This document shows, piece by piece, positions 48,564-58,435 of a stretch of DNA of 64,000 bases. Made by a program: the position numbers and the translations under genes. The notes beneath the pieces were generated by a model. It did no database searches, was not told the DNA's origin, and saw only the letters and a list, made by a program, of their open reading frames with translations. Origin of the DNA: an uncultured Alphaproteobacteria bacterium. Its GTDB lineage: Bacteria > Pseudomonadota > Alphaproteobacteria > HIMB59 > GCA-002718135. Where the stretch lies: positions 2,101 through 66,100 of the forward strand of contig CACOVJ010000003.1 of the NCBI GenBank assembly GCA_902630465.1, given 5' to 3'. Within the stretch, counting starts at the first letter, position 1; each line of letters begins with the position of its first letter.

Positions 48564-49697
48564 GTGGCTGATAAAGATTTCTATGAAATACTCGGTGTTC
48601 AAAAAAATGCCAGTGATGATGAAATAAAAAAAGCATATAGAAAGCAAGCCATGAAATACCATCCTGATCGTAACAAGGATGATAAAACAGCTGAAAGAAA
48701 ATTTAAAGAAGCAGCTGCTGCTTATGAAATTCTTAAAGACCCAGAAAAAAGAACAGCTTATGATCAATACGGACATGATGCCTTTAAACAAGGCGGAATG
48801 GGAGGAGCACAAGGCTTTGGAGATTTTGCTGGTGGTTTCTCAGATATTTTTGAAGAATTCTTTGGTGGAGGGTTCGGAGGACAATCAACAAGAAGAAGAG
48901 GTCCACAAAGAGGAAGTGATCTTCGTTATAATATGTCAGTTTCCCTTCATGAAGCTTTCACGGGAAAGAAACCACAAATAAGAATTCCAACATACGTTGG
49001 TTGTGATACATGTGCATCTACTGGAAGTGCAGATAAATCTGGACCTAGTACCTGTTCCACTTGTGGAGGCGCTGGTAAGGTTAGATCACAACAAGGTTTC
49101 TTTTCTATTGAAAGACCATGTCCTACATGTGGTGGAGAAGGATCAAGCATAAAAAATCCATGTCTCAAATGTGCTGGAACTGGAAATATCAAAAAACAAA
49201 AAACAATTTCTGTTACCATTCCCGCTGGAGTTGACACAGGCACAAGAATTAGAATAACAGGTGAAGGAGAACCAGGTGAAAGAGGAGCAGGCAATGGCGA
49301 TCTTTATATTTTTGTTGAGGTTCAAAAAGATAGACTCTTTGAAAGAGAAGAGGAAAACTTATTTTGTGAAATACCAATCTCGATCACAACTGCTATTTTA
49401 GGTGGTGAAATAGAAGTACCAACAATAGAAGGAAAAAAAGCTAGACTTAATATTCCAGCAGGAACTCAATCTGAAACTCAGTTCAGACTACGCGGTAAAG
49501 GAATGAGTATACTTAGACAAAGTAGGCGTGGAGATATGTATGTGCAAGCAAATGTTGAAATACCAGTAAATCTAAATACCAAACAGAAAGATATTTTGAG
49601 AGAGTTTGAAAATGAGGGAGGAACCTCAAAAAAACACAGTCCAAAATCACAAGGATTTTTCTCAAAATTAAAAGAAGTTTGGGAAGATTTAACTTAA
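48564..49697 (+). CDS. dnaJ: co-chaperone DnaJ
   Basis: J-domain HPD, G/F region and four CxxCxGxG repeats. GTG start. Confidence 0.97.
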   Translation: MADKDFYEILGVQKNASDDEIKKAYRKQAMKYHPDRNKDDKTAERKFKEAAAAYEILKDPEKRTAYDQYGHDAFKQGGMGGAQGFGDFAGGFSDIFEEFFGGGFGGQSTRRRGPQRGSDLRYNMSVSLHEAFTGKKPQIRIPTYVGCDTCASTGSADKSGPSTCSTCGGAGKVRSQQGFFSIERPCPTCGGEGSSIKNPCLKCAGTGNIKKQKTISVTIPAGVDTGTRIRITGEGEPGERGAGNGDLYIFVEVQKDRLFEREEENLFCEIPISITTAILGGEIEVPTIEGKKARLNIPAGTQSETQFRLRGKGMSILRQSRRGDMYVQANVEIPVNLNTKQKDILREFENEGGTSKKHSPKSQGFFSKLKEVWEDLT

Positions 49698-49738
49698 TTT
49701 CTTTTCAACTTACAATCACCAAAGTATAAGAAGTTTTT

Positions 49739-50542
49739 ATGGCAAAAATTAAAATAGCAGTTGCAGGTTGTCTTGGCCGAATGGGTCAGGAAATATCGAA
49801 ACAAATTTTACAAAATACAAATTTAGAATTTGTAGGTGGCCTTGAACACAAAAAACATAAAGCTATTAATAAGCCCTTAAATAAAGTTTCGGATATAGAG
49901 TCTTCAAAATTGGTTACTGCTAATTCATCTCAATTAAACAAAGAAGCTAATGTCATAATTGATTTTACAACACCTGAGTCTACGTTAGATAATTTAAAAA
50001 TTGCTTCTGCAAACAAAACAGCAGTTGTTATTGGTACAACCGGAATGACAGATGCACAAAAAAAGAAAGTAAAAAGTTATTCAAAAAAAATACCTATACT
50101 TATGTCTTCTAATATGAGTTTAGGTGTTAATTTATTATTTAATTTAGTAAAACAAACAGCATCAGCACTAAAAGATACTAATTATGATATTGAAATTGCT
50201 GAAACACACCATAAACATAAAAAAGATGCGCCCTCAGGAACAGCATTATCTTTAGGTGAATACGCTGCCGAGGGAAGAAAAACTAAACTAAATAAATCAA
50301 AAGTTTTAGATCGTACAAAAAAAATAACATCCAGAAAAAAAGGTGACATTGGTTTTTCTGTTACAAGAGGTGGTGAGATTGCAGGCGAACACACTGTAAG
50401 TTTTATAGGATCTAATGACAGAATAGATTTAGTTCATAAGGCTAATAATAGATCTATTTTTGTTAGTGGAGCAATTGAGGCAGCTATCTTTGTTTCTAAA
50501 AAGAGAACAGGTTTTTTTAATATGAATGATCTGTTATTTTAA
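49739..50542 (+). CDS. dapB: 4-hydroxy-tetrahydrodipicolinate reductase
   Basis: AGCLGRMG and AETHHKHKKDAPSGTA. Confidence 0.9.
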   Translation: MAKIKIAVAGCLGRMGQEISKQILQNTNLEFVGGLEHKKHKAINKPLNKVSDIESSKLVTANSSQLNKEANVIIDFTTPESTLDNLKIASANKTAVVIGTTGMTDAQKKKVKSYSKKIPILMSSNMSLGVNLLFNLVKQTASALKDTNYDIEIAETHHKHKKDAPSGTALSLGEYAAEGRKTKLNKSKVLDRTKKITSRKKGDIGFSVTRGGEIAGEHTVSFIGSNDRIDLVHKANNRSIFVSGAIEAAIFVSKKRTGFFNMNDLLF

Positions 50543-50985
50543 TAATAACTTAATTGTCTTTTAATTTTTAAATACAAACTTTCTTTTAAGTCAGCATGCA
50601 AAAAAGTTGCAACTTCAATTTCTTTATCTGATTCTCTTATTGATAACCTGGAAGTATTTTTAAATTTACTAAAAAATACTTTAGACCAATAAGTGCTGAA
50701 TTTAGATGAATGTAAAAGTTTATCACCTTTATATTTTTTTACAGATATTTCTTTTTGATTAATGTTAATTTCATCCTTAATATTTTTTTCTTTGAAATAT
50801 AAACGAATTAAATAAAATATTACTAAATATTCAAATCCAAGAAATACAGATACAGGCCAAGCACCTTGTATAATTAGAAAAATAGAGAATAATGAAATCC
50901 AACTTATGAATATAATTCCTAAGATTAAAAAGACCGATTTAGAACAACTTTGATACGGCCTTATTTTTTCATTCAATGAATTCAT
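50539..50985 (-). CDS. small two-TM membrane protein (DUF2244-like)
   Basis: RPYQSCS...two TM helices...GAWPV..F, as in alphaproteobacterial DUF2244 proteins as I recall them. Start placed at MNSLNEK (track start 51060). Confidence 0.5.
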   Translation of the reverse strand: MNSLNEKIRPYQSCSKSVFLILGIIFISWISLFSIFLIIQGAWPVSVFLGFEYLVIFYLIRLYFKEKNIKDEININQKEISVKKYKGDKLLHSSKFSTYWSKVFFSKFKNTSRLSIRESDKEIEVATFLHADLKESLYLKIKRQLSYY

Positions 50986-51196
50986 GATTAACAATAATAT
51001 AAAATAACCTTTCTGATAAAGGGACATATGTGCACAGACATAAAAATATATATTAACCACTTTTTATTAATTCATAACCGCTTCCAAATCCTAAAAAATG
51101 GCTAAATTGCTTAGATCTCTTGCTAATTTAGCAAGGAACATATAGATGCAATTCCGAAAAAATATTAAGTAATAATCTTTATTTAATGGTGGCTTG

Positions 51197-54100
51197 ATGA
51201 AAAAGATTAGTAAAATTTTAGCAGCAAATAGAAGTGAAATTGCTATTCGAATTTTTAGAGCCGCCGAAGAGTCTGGTATTAAAACAGCTGCTATTTATTC
51301 TAAAGAAGATCGTTTTGCAATTCATCGATTTAAAACGGATGAAAGTTATTTAGTTGGTGAAGGTAAAGGTCCAATACAAGCATATTTGGACATAGACTCT
51401 ATAATTAAAATTGCTAAAGATGCACAGGTTGATGCTATCCATCCAGGTTATGGTTTTTTATCTGAGAGTCCTGAATTAGCTGAGCAGTGTGAAAAAAATG
51501 ACATAACATTTATTGGTCCAAGTAAAGAAATATTAAAAAGATTTGGAAATAAAACAGAAGCTAAAAAAGTTGCTGAAGAAGCAAAAGTGGGCACCGTCCC
51601 ATCTGTTCTTGTAACAAAAGAAAATCTAAAAAGTGTTGAAAAAGAAGTTGAGAAAATTGGTTATCCTGTAATTGTCAAAGCAAGCTGGGGTGGGGGTGGT
51701 CGAGGAATGCGTGTTGTAAGATCAAATAACGAATTAATAGATCAAATTACAACGGCTCAAAGTGAGTCACTCAAAGCTTTTGGTAAAGACGAAGTATTTA
51801 TTGAAAAATTTTTAGAAGATGCTGCTCACATTGAAGTTCAAATCTTAGGTGACAAATATGGAAATATTTTACATCTTTTTGAAAGAGATTGTTCTCTTCA
51901 AAGAAGGCATCAAAAGATTATTGAAAGAGCACCTGCACATTTTCTTGAAAATAAAACTCGAGAAGAAATTTGTAGCGCTGCTATTAAAATTGCAAAACAA
52001 GTTAAATATTTTGGTGCAGGAACTGTTGAATTTTTGTATGATAAAAAATCTGGTAAATTTTATTTCATTGAAGTTAACCCAAGAATTCAAGTTGAGCATA
52101 CAGTAACAGAAGAAGTAACAGGAATTGATATTGTAAAAGCCCAAATTAAAATTGCAGAAGGTCAAAAAATTGGCAATCACCCCGCACTTCCTAAACAAGA
52201 AGATATTCATCTAAACGGATTTGCAATTCAATGTAGGGTTACAACCGAAGATCCACTTAATAATTTTATGCCAGACTATGGGAAGATAATGACTTACCGA
52301 TCAGCAGCTGGTTTTGGAGTGAGATTAGATGCGGCGAACGCTTCTGCTGGTTCGATCATCACACCGTATTATGATTCTTTACTTGTAAAAGTAACAACTT
52401 GGGCAAAGCATCAAGATGACTGTATTAAAAGAATGGATAGAGCCTTGCGAGAATTTAGAATTAGAGGTGTTAAAACAAATTTAGTATTTCTCGAGTCTCT
52501 TATTAACAACAAAGATTTCCTTGAAGGAAACTACAATACAAATTTTGTTGATACTAATAAAGAGCTTTACGCTTATAATCCTCAAAAAGATCGAGCTTCT
52601 AAAATTGTATCTTATCTTGGAAATATAATTGTAAATGGACACAATGATATATCTGGGAGAGTGAGTAATAATTTCACTGCAGAAGTTCAAATTCCTATTT
52701 CAAATACTAAAAGTGAAAAAAATAATTATGTAAAAGATTTAGAAACTTTAGGTCCAGAAAAATTTGCAAAAAAAATAAAAGAAACACCTTATACCCTAAT
52801 TACTGACACAACGATGCGAGATGCACACCAATCGCTTCTTGCTACAAGAATGAGAACTGATGATATTGTTAATATTGCTGAATATTATAGTGAAAATCTA
52901 AGCAATCTATTTTCACTGGAATGTTGGGGGGGCGCAACCTTTGATACCTCGATGCGTTTTTTAAAAGAAGATCCTTGGGATAGATTGGCAAGATTAAACA
53001 AAAGAGCCCCCAACCTTCTTAAACAAATGTTATTTAGAGGATCTAATGCTGTTGGATATAAAAATTATCCAGATAACGTTGTTAAACATTTCATTCAACA
53101 ATCAGCACAAGCAGGAATTGATGTATTCCGAGTTTTTGATTCTTTAAATTTAATTGAAAATATGCGTGTAGCAATTGATGAGGTGCACAATCAAAATAAA
53201 ATTTGTGAAGGAACTATCTGCTATACAAATGATGTAACTGATCCAAATGAGAAAAAATATACATTAAAATATTATATTGGTCTTGTTAGGGATTTGGAAA
53301 AAGCAGGAGCACATATTATCGCCATTAAAGATATGGCAGGATTAGCAAAACCTAACGCTATAAAAAAACTAGTTAAAGAAATTAAACAAACAACTGATCT
53401 TCCAATTCATTTTCATACTCACGATACATCAGGTACTTCATCAGCATCTGTCCTCGCCGCAATAGATGAAAAAGTAGATATCGTAGATCTTGCAATTGAT
53501 TCGATGAGTGGTTTAACATCACAACCTGCATTAGGATCTATCGTATCTATAATGAAACAAAACCTTCAAGATCCGCAACTTGACGAGGAAGCTATAAGAA
53601 CACTATCTTTATATTGGGAGCAGGTACGTCAAAATTATCATGCTTTTGAAACTGATTTCAAAGGCGGAAGTTCTGATGTGTATCTCCACCAAATGCCAGG
53701 TGGACAGTTTACGAATTTAAAAGAGCAGGCAAGGTCTTTGGGAATTACAACAGATAAATGGGGAATGGTTGCTAATAAATATGCTGAGGTAAACCAACTT
53801 TTTGGTGATATTGTGAAGGTAACTCCCTCTTCTAAAATTGTTGGTGATATGGCGCTATATATGATTGCTAATGATTTATCTAAAGAAGACGTATTAAGTT
53901 CAAAAAAAGAAATTTCTTTTCCTGCCTCTGTTATTGAATTTTTTAAAGGGGAAATTGGAATACCACATGGAGGTTTTCCAAAAGAACTTCAAAAGAAAGT
54001 TCTTGGAGATGCAGAACCTCTAACAAAAAGACCTGGGGAAGTTTTAGAATCAGTTGATTTAGATAAAGAAGCCAAAAATTTAGAAGAGGAAATAGGGATG

Positions 54101-54637
54101 AAAATTAATCAAAGACATCTAGCATCCTACTTAATGTATCCAAAAGTTTTTAAAGATTATGTTGATCACTTTAAGGAATTTAGTGACACATCAATTCTTT
54201 CAACAGAATTATTTTTTTATGGTCCTCAACAAGATAAAGAATACACGATAGAAATTGATAAAGGAAAAAACCTTATTTTACGATACTTAGCGAAAAGTGA
54301 AGTTAATAGTAATGGTAAATGCTCTGTTTTTTTTGAAATTAACGGACAACCAAGAACAATAGATATAGAAAATAAAGAATTTTCAAAAAATATATCACAA
54401 AGAGCAAAAGCAGATGATAATAATTTGGATCACATTGGATCACCTTTACCAGGTCAGGTTGCAAAAATATTTGTTCAATCTGGTAGCAAAGTTATAAAGG
54501 GTGATAAATTGCTAGTGATCGAAGCCATGAAAATGGAAACTACAATAAATGCTGATAAAAGTGGAACGATCAAATCAATTAATGTTGCATCTGGTGATAA
54601 TGTGGAGACAAAAGATCTTCTTGTTGAAATTAGCTAG
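51197..54637 (+). CDS. pyc: pyruvate carboxylase (single-chain)
   Basis: Biotin carboxylase domain, carboxyltransferase domain (DTTMRDAHQS, HTHDTSG) and biotinyl motif EAMKME. The ATG at 51197 follows the TTG at 51194. Confidence 0.97.
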   Translation: MKKISKILAANRSEIAIRIFRAAEESGIKTAAIYSKEDRFAIHRFKTDESYLVGEGKGPIQAYLDIDSIIKIAKDAQVDAIHPGYGFLSESPELAEQCEKNDITFIGPSKEILKRFGNKTEAKKVAEEAKVGTVPSVLVTKENLKSVEKEVEKIGYPVIVKASWGGGGRGMRVVRSNNELIDQITTAQSESLKAFGKDEVFIEKFLEDAAHIEVQILGDKYGNILHLFERDCSLQRRHQKIIERAPAHFLENKTREEICSAAIKIAKQVKYFGAGTVEFLYDKKSGKFYFIEVNPRIQVEHTVTEEVTGIDIVKAQIKIAEGQKIGNHPALPKQEDIHLNGFAIQCRVTTEDPLNNFMPDYGKIMTYRSAAGFGVRLDAANASAGSIITPYYDSLLVKVTTWAKHQDDCIKRMDRALREFRIRGVKTNLVFLESLINNKDFLEGNYNTNFVDTNKELYAYNPQKDRASKIVSYLGNIIVNGHNDISGRVSNNFTAEVQIPISNTKSEKNNYVKDLETLGPEKFAKKIKETPYTLITDTTMRDAHQSLLATRMRTDDIVNIAEYYSENLSNLFSLECWGGATFDTSMRFLKEDPWDRLARLNKRAPNLLKQMLFRGSNAVGYKNYPDNVVKHFIQQSAQAGIDVFRVFDSLNLIENMRVAIDEVHNQNKICEGTICYTNDVTDPNEKKYTLKYYIGLVRDLEKAGAHIIAIKDMAGLAKPNAIKKLVKEIKQTTDLPIHFHTHDTSGTSSASVLAAIDEKVDIVDLAIDSMSGLTSQPALGSIVSIMKQNLQDPQLDEEAIRTLSLYWEQVRQNYHAFETDFKGGSSDVYLHQMPGGQFTNLKEQARSLGITTDKWGMVANKYAEVNQLFGDIVKVTPSSKIVGDMALYMIANDLSKEDVLSSKKEISFPASVIEFFKGEIGIPHGGFPKELQKKVLGDAEPLTKRPGEVLESVDLDKEAKNLEEEIGMKINQRHLASYLMYPKVFKDYVDHFKEFSDTSILSTELFFYGPQQDKEYTIEIDKGKNLILRYLAKSEVNSNGKCSVFFEINGQPRTIDIENKEFSKNISQRAKADDNNLDHIGSPLPGQVAKIFVQSGSKVIKGDKLLVIEAMKMETTINADKSGTIKSINVASGDNVETKDLLVEIS

Positions 54638-55130
54638 TTAAGTCGTATTCTTTATAACATTCTTCTATCGACTGCTTTGTATTTATAAGTTCTCCTAAAG
54701 AGTCTCGAAATTCAAAATATTCTACCCTTTTAATATTAGAATTTAAATTGAAGAAGATAAATAATCTGCAAGAGCTACTATCATATCGCATCATATGAAC
54801 TGATCCATCAGAACGTGCTAAATTAGGCTGTCCTAGTTTTTGTTTTATTTCAGCAAGTTGTATTCCCATGAAATTTATTTCCGCAATTTTTTGTTGCTCC
54901 TTAACTATAGTTTTTTCCTCTTTTTTTTCTTCAGTGATTATCTGTTGCTCTTCAACAATAGTTTTATCTTCAATAATTTCCGGCTCTTTTTTTATAATAG
55001 TTTCTTCAACTTTATCTTTTACAACTGTTCCAACTTTTACTACTTCTCTGCCAACCTCAATTGTCGTACAGCTTGACAAAAATACCAGTGTTAAAAAATA
55101 AATTGATAACCGCATTGCTCTTAGTGGCAT
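54630..55130 (-). CDS. lipoprotein with E/K/I-rich repeat linker and a small C-terminal domain (possibly SmpA/BamE-like)
   Basis: Lipobox FLSSC. Internal near-repeat KTIVEEQQII / KTIVKEQQKI. The C-terminal LAEIKQKLGQPNL...MRYD pattern gives only a weak family call. Confidence 0.55.
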   Translation of the reverse strand: MPLRAMRLSIYFLTLVFLSSCTTIEVGREVVKVGTVVKDKVEETIIKKEPEIIEDKTIVEEQQIITEEKKEEKTIVKEQQKIAEINFMGIQLAEIKQKLGQPNLARSDGSVHMMRYDSSSCRLFIFFNLNSNIKRVEYFEFRDSLGELINTKQSIEECYKEYDLTS

Positions 55131-55150
55131 TTGTATATATGTAATCTCTT

Positions 55151-55771
55151 ATGATTACAGTAATTAAATCACCCTTTGTGCAATACAAATTAACAATTTT
55201 GCGAAATAAAAAAACATCAAATACTGTTTTTAGACGAACTATGAATGAGATAAGTTATCTTATTGCTTCTGATGTTCTAAAACACGTTCCATTTAAAAAA
55301 CAAACTATTGAAACTCCTCTTAAAAAAATGAGTGGTACAGTTTTAGGTCAACCAATTATTTTAGTACCAATTTTACGAGCTGGTTTGGGACTGCTTGAGG
55401 GTTTTGCAAAGTTTTTACCAGAAGCCGAAAAAGGTCATATAGGTTTGTACCGTGACGAACAAACTTATGAACCTGTTGAATACCTATTTAAACTCCCAAG
55501 AGTTAAAAACAAAAAAGTGCTGATCTTAGATCCAATGTTAGCAACAGGTAATTCATCAATTGCTGCAATCAATCTTATTAAAAATAAAGGAGTTAATATT
55601 AAAGATATATTTCTAGTATCTTTGCTTGCCGCTCCTGAGGGTATTAAAAATATCCAAAAAAAGCAAAAAGGCATTCATATATTTACATGTAATATCGATG
55701 CAAAGTTGAATAAAAATAAGTTTATCGTACCGGGCTTAGGTGACGCAGGTGATAGGTATATGGGTACTTGA
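55151..55771 (+). CDS. upp: uracil phosphoribosyltransferase
   Basis: PILRAGLG, LDPMLATGNS and GLGDAGDR. Confidence 0.95.
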   Translation: MITVIKSPFVQYKLTILRNKKTSNTVFRRTMNEISYLIASDVLKHVPFKKQTIETPLKKMSGTVLGQPIILVPILRAGLGLLEGFAKFLPEAEKGHIGLYRDEQTYEPVEYLFKLPRVKNKKVLILDPMLATGNSSIAAINLIKNKGVNIKDIFLVSLLAAPEGIKNIQKKQKGIHIFTCNIDAKLNKNKFIVPGLGDAGDRYMGT

Positions 55772-55888
55772 AGTTATCCATAAAAAATCTTATTATTTAA
55801 CCATTATCTCATTTTTTAATTCATTTTTTTAATAATAAAATGTTATCAGTGAGGTATCTATAATTCATATTTAAGGGGGATTTTTAGT

Positions 55889-56866
55889 ATGAAGAAAATT
55901 TTAAGTATTATTTCAGTTTCTTTCGCTCTTGTCTTCTCTTCAAGTGCGTTTGCAAACAAGATTGGAGTTGTATATGACTCTGGAGGAAAGTTTGATAAAT
56001 CATTTAACGAATTAGCATTTAAAACTGCTGAAAGAGTTAAAAACGAACTTGGTTGGGGCATGGTTGAATTTGAAGCTTCAAACAACACTCAAATAGAACA
56101 AGGCATGCGTAAAATTGCAGACAGAGGCGCATCATTAATCGTAGCAATGGGTTTTGCTCAAGCTGATGCTGTTGCAGCAGTTGCTCCTGATTATCCTGAT
56201 ATAAACTTTGTTGCAGTGGATGTATGTTGGGTAGATGATCCAGCAAGCAACATCTATCAAGCTTGTTACAAAGAGCACGAAGGATCATTCCTTGTTGGTA
56301 TGATTGCAGCTATGGCTTCTGAAAGTGGAACAATTGGTTTTGTTGGTGGAATGGATATCCCACTAATCAGAAAATTCCAAGGAGGTTATGAGCAAGGCGC
56401 ACTTTATGTAAATCCTGATATTAACATTTTAGCTAACATGACTGGTTCAACACCAGAGGCATGGAACAACCCAACAAAAGGTGCTGAATTAACAAAAGCA
56501 CAAATTGATGGTGGCGCAGATGTCGTGTATCAAGCAGCAGGTGGAACTGGTATAGGTGTTCTTCAAGCAGCAGCTGATGCAGGAATAATGGGTATTGGTG
56601 TTGATACAAATCAAAACTGGATGCACCCAGGTAACATGCTTACTTCTATGTTAAAGCGTTTAGATTTAACAATTTTTGAACAAGCTGAGAAAACAGCTGC
56701 AGGAACTTTTGAGTCGGGAATTCATATTCTTGGTTTAGCTGAAGGTATGGTTGGCTATGCTACTGAAGACGGCATGGTAACTTCTGCAATGGAATCAGCA
56801 GTTGCAGCAGCAGCAGCAGATATTGTTAGTGGTTCAATGGAAGTTGCTGACTGGTCACAAGAGTAA
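55889..56866 (+). CDS. BMP-family (PnrA/Med-like) ABC transporter substrate-binding protein, probably for nucleosides
   Basis: Signal peptide ending SSSAFA. KIGVVYDSGGKFDKSFNE. Strong SD AAGGGGGA. Confidence 0.85.
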   Translation: MKKILSIISVSFALVFSSSAFANKIGVVYDSGGKFDKSFNELAFKTAERVKNELGWGMVEFEASNNTQIEQGMRKIADRGASLIVAMGFAQADAVAAVAPDYPDINFVAVDVCWVDDPASNIYQACYKEHEGSFLVGMIAAMASESGTIGFVGGMDIPLIRKFQGGYEQGALYVNPDINILANMTGSTPEAWNNPTKGAELTKAQIDGGADVVYQAAGGTGIGVLQAAADAGIMGIGVDTNQNWMHPGNMLTSMLKRLDLTIFEQAEKTAAGTFESGIHILGLAEGMVGYATEDGMVTSAMESAVAAAAADIVSGSMEVADWSQE

Positions 56867-56887
56867 TAGAACTTTTATAAATAATTT

Positions 56888-56925
56888 GGTGAGACCAAGA
56901 GATTAAATAATTTTATGGTCTCACC
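56888..56925 (+). promoter_or_regulatory. intercistronic hairpin sequestering the ATPase start codon
   Basis: GGTGAGACC (56888-56896) pairs perfectly with GGTCTCACC (56917-56925). The right arm includes the G of the ATG and codons 2-3. The loop is 20 nt. Confidence 0.45.
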
Positions 56926-58435
56926 TATCCTAGAATTAAAAAATATAAATAAATCCTTTGGCCATGTACACGCCAATAAGGATATTAATCTTACCATTAA
57001 CAAAGGAACAATCCACGGAATAATTGGAGAAAACGGTGCTGGAAAATCTACTCTAATGAGTATTGTGTTTGGTCTTTATCAAGCAAATTCAGGAACAATA
57101 AAAATAAATGGAAAAGAGATAAATCTTAGATCACCTAAAGATTCAATAATTAATGGCATTGGCATGGTGCACCAACATTTCATGCTAGTAGAAAATTTTA
57201 CTGTTCTAGAAAATATAATTTTAGGATTTGAAGGCGAATTAGTATTTGGAAAAAATTTAGAAAAAGCAAAAAAAGATTTAAAAAATCTTTGTGATACATA
57301 CAAACTAAATATCGATCTTAATTCCACAATATCAGATTTGTCGGTTGGGTTTCGTCAAAGAGTTGAAATATTAAAGTCGCTCTATAGAGGGGCAGAAATT
57401 CTTATACTTGATGAACCGACAGGTGTTTTAACACCGCAAGAAGTTGATGAATTGTTTAAAATATTACGCTCGCTCAATGAAGAGGGTAAAACAATTGTTT
57501 TAATTACCCATAAATTAATAGAAATCATGGATCTAACAAGTGAGGTATCTGTAATGCGCCAAGGGGAAATGGTTGGACATACTAAAACTGAAGATACGAA
57601 TAAAGAACAATTAGCTGAGATGATGGTTGGTAGAAGTGTATTATTAAGACTTGATAAAACAGAAGCTAATACAGGCGATGTTGTCTTTAGAGTTGAAGAT
57701 CTTACTGTTAAAGATGATCTAGATGTAACTAGAGTCAAGAATGTAAATTTAGAAATTCGTGCAGGAGAGATTTTAGGCTTAGCAGGTGTTACGGGAAATG
57801 GTCAAACAGAATTACTGGAAGCGCTTTCTGGCATTAGAAAAGTTGAGTCAGGTCAAATATATTTAGACGGAAAAAAAGTATCAGATAGTCAAAATTTTCT
57901 AGATCCAAGAGAATTGAAAGATCAAGGTTTAGCTCATGTTCCTGAAGACAGACAAAGAATGGGCTTAGTTACAGATTTTAAAGCTTATGAAAATCTTATA
58001 TTTGGTTATCATGATCAACAACCGTTTTCGAGGTCTTCAATTTTAAATCATAAAGATATAATTTCTCATTCTAAAAAAATTATGGAAGAGTATGATGTAA
58101 GACCACAATCACCAAATTTAATCACTTCGAATTTCTCAGGCGGTAATCAACAAAAAATAATTTTAAGTAGGGAACTTAATGAAAAACCAAAAGTATTATT
58201 AGTTGGTCAACCTACGAGAGGTGTAGATATAGGCGCTATTGAATTTATTCATCAAAGATTAATAGATATGAGAGATAAAGGCGCTGCAATACTTTTAGTA
58301 TCTGTTGAGTTGGATGAAGTGCTTTCATTATCTGATAGAATTGTTGTTATGTTTGATGGAAAGATAGTTGGTGAAAAAGAAAATACAAATGTTACTGATC
58401 GTGAGTTAGGATTATTAATGGCAGGAGTTGTGTAA
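56915..58435 (+). CDS. ABC transporter ATP-binding protein (two fused ABC domains)
   Basis: GENGAGKST, an LSVGFRQR signature-like segment, ILDEPT, and a second domain with SGGNQQK. Confidence 0.9.
   Translation: MVSPILELKNINKSFGHVHANKDINLTINKGTIHGIIGENGAGKSTLMSIVFGLYQANSGTIKINGKEINLRSPKDSIINGIGMVHQHFMLVENFTVLENIILGFEGELVFGKNLEKAKKDLKNLCDTYKLNIDLNSTISDLSVGFRQRVEILKSLYRGAEILILDEPTGVLTPQEVDELFKILRSLNEEGKTIVLITHKLIEIMDLTSEVSVMRQGEMVGHTKTEDTNKEQLAEMMVGRSVLLRLDKTEANTGDVVFRVEDLTVKDDLDVTRVKNVNLEIRAGEILGLAGVTGNGQTELLEALSGIRKVESGQIYLDGKKVSDSQNFLDPRELKDQGLAHVPEDRQRMGLVTDFKAYENLIFGYHDQQPFSRSSILNHKDIISHSKKIMEEYDVRPQSPNLITSNFSGGNQQKIILSRELNEKPKVLLVGQPTRGVDIGAIEFIHQRLIDMRDKGAAILLVSVELDEVLSLSDRIVVMFDGKIVGEKENTNVTDRELGLLMAGVV

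Noticed and set aside
46613-49697. Elevated GC of dnaK/dnaJ as a sign of horizontal transfer. The same applies to the BMP binding protein at 55889-56866 and the permeases at 58435-60521.
   Set aside because: These are conserved and/or highly expressed genes whose Gly/Ala/Val-rich composition and codon bias raise GC. Their synteny (hrcA-grpE, dnaKJ) is canonical. Composition alone is not evidence of transfer, and the same caveat weakens the katG, FG-GAP and porin arguments.
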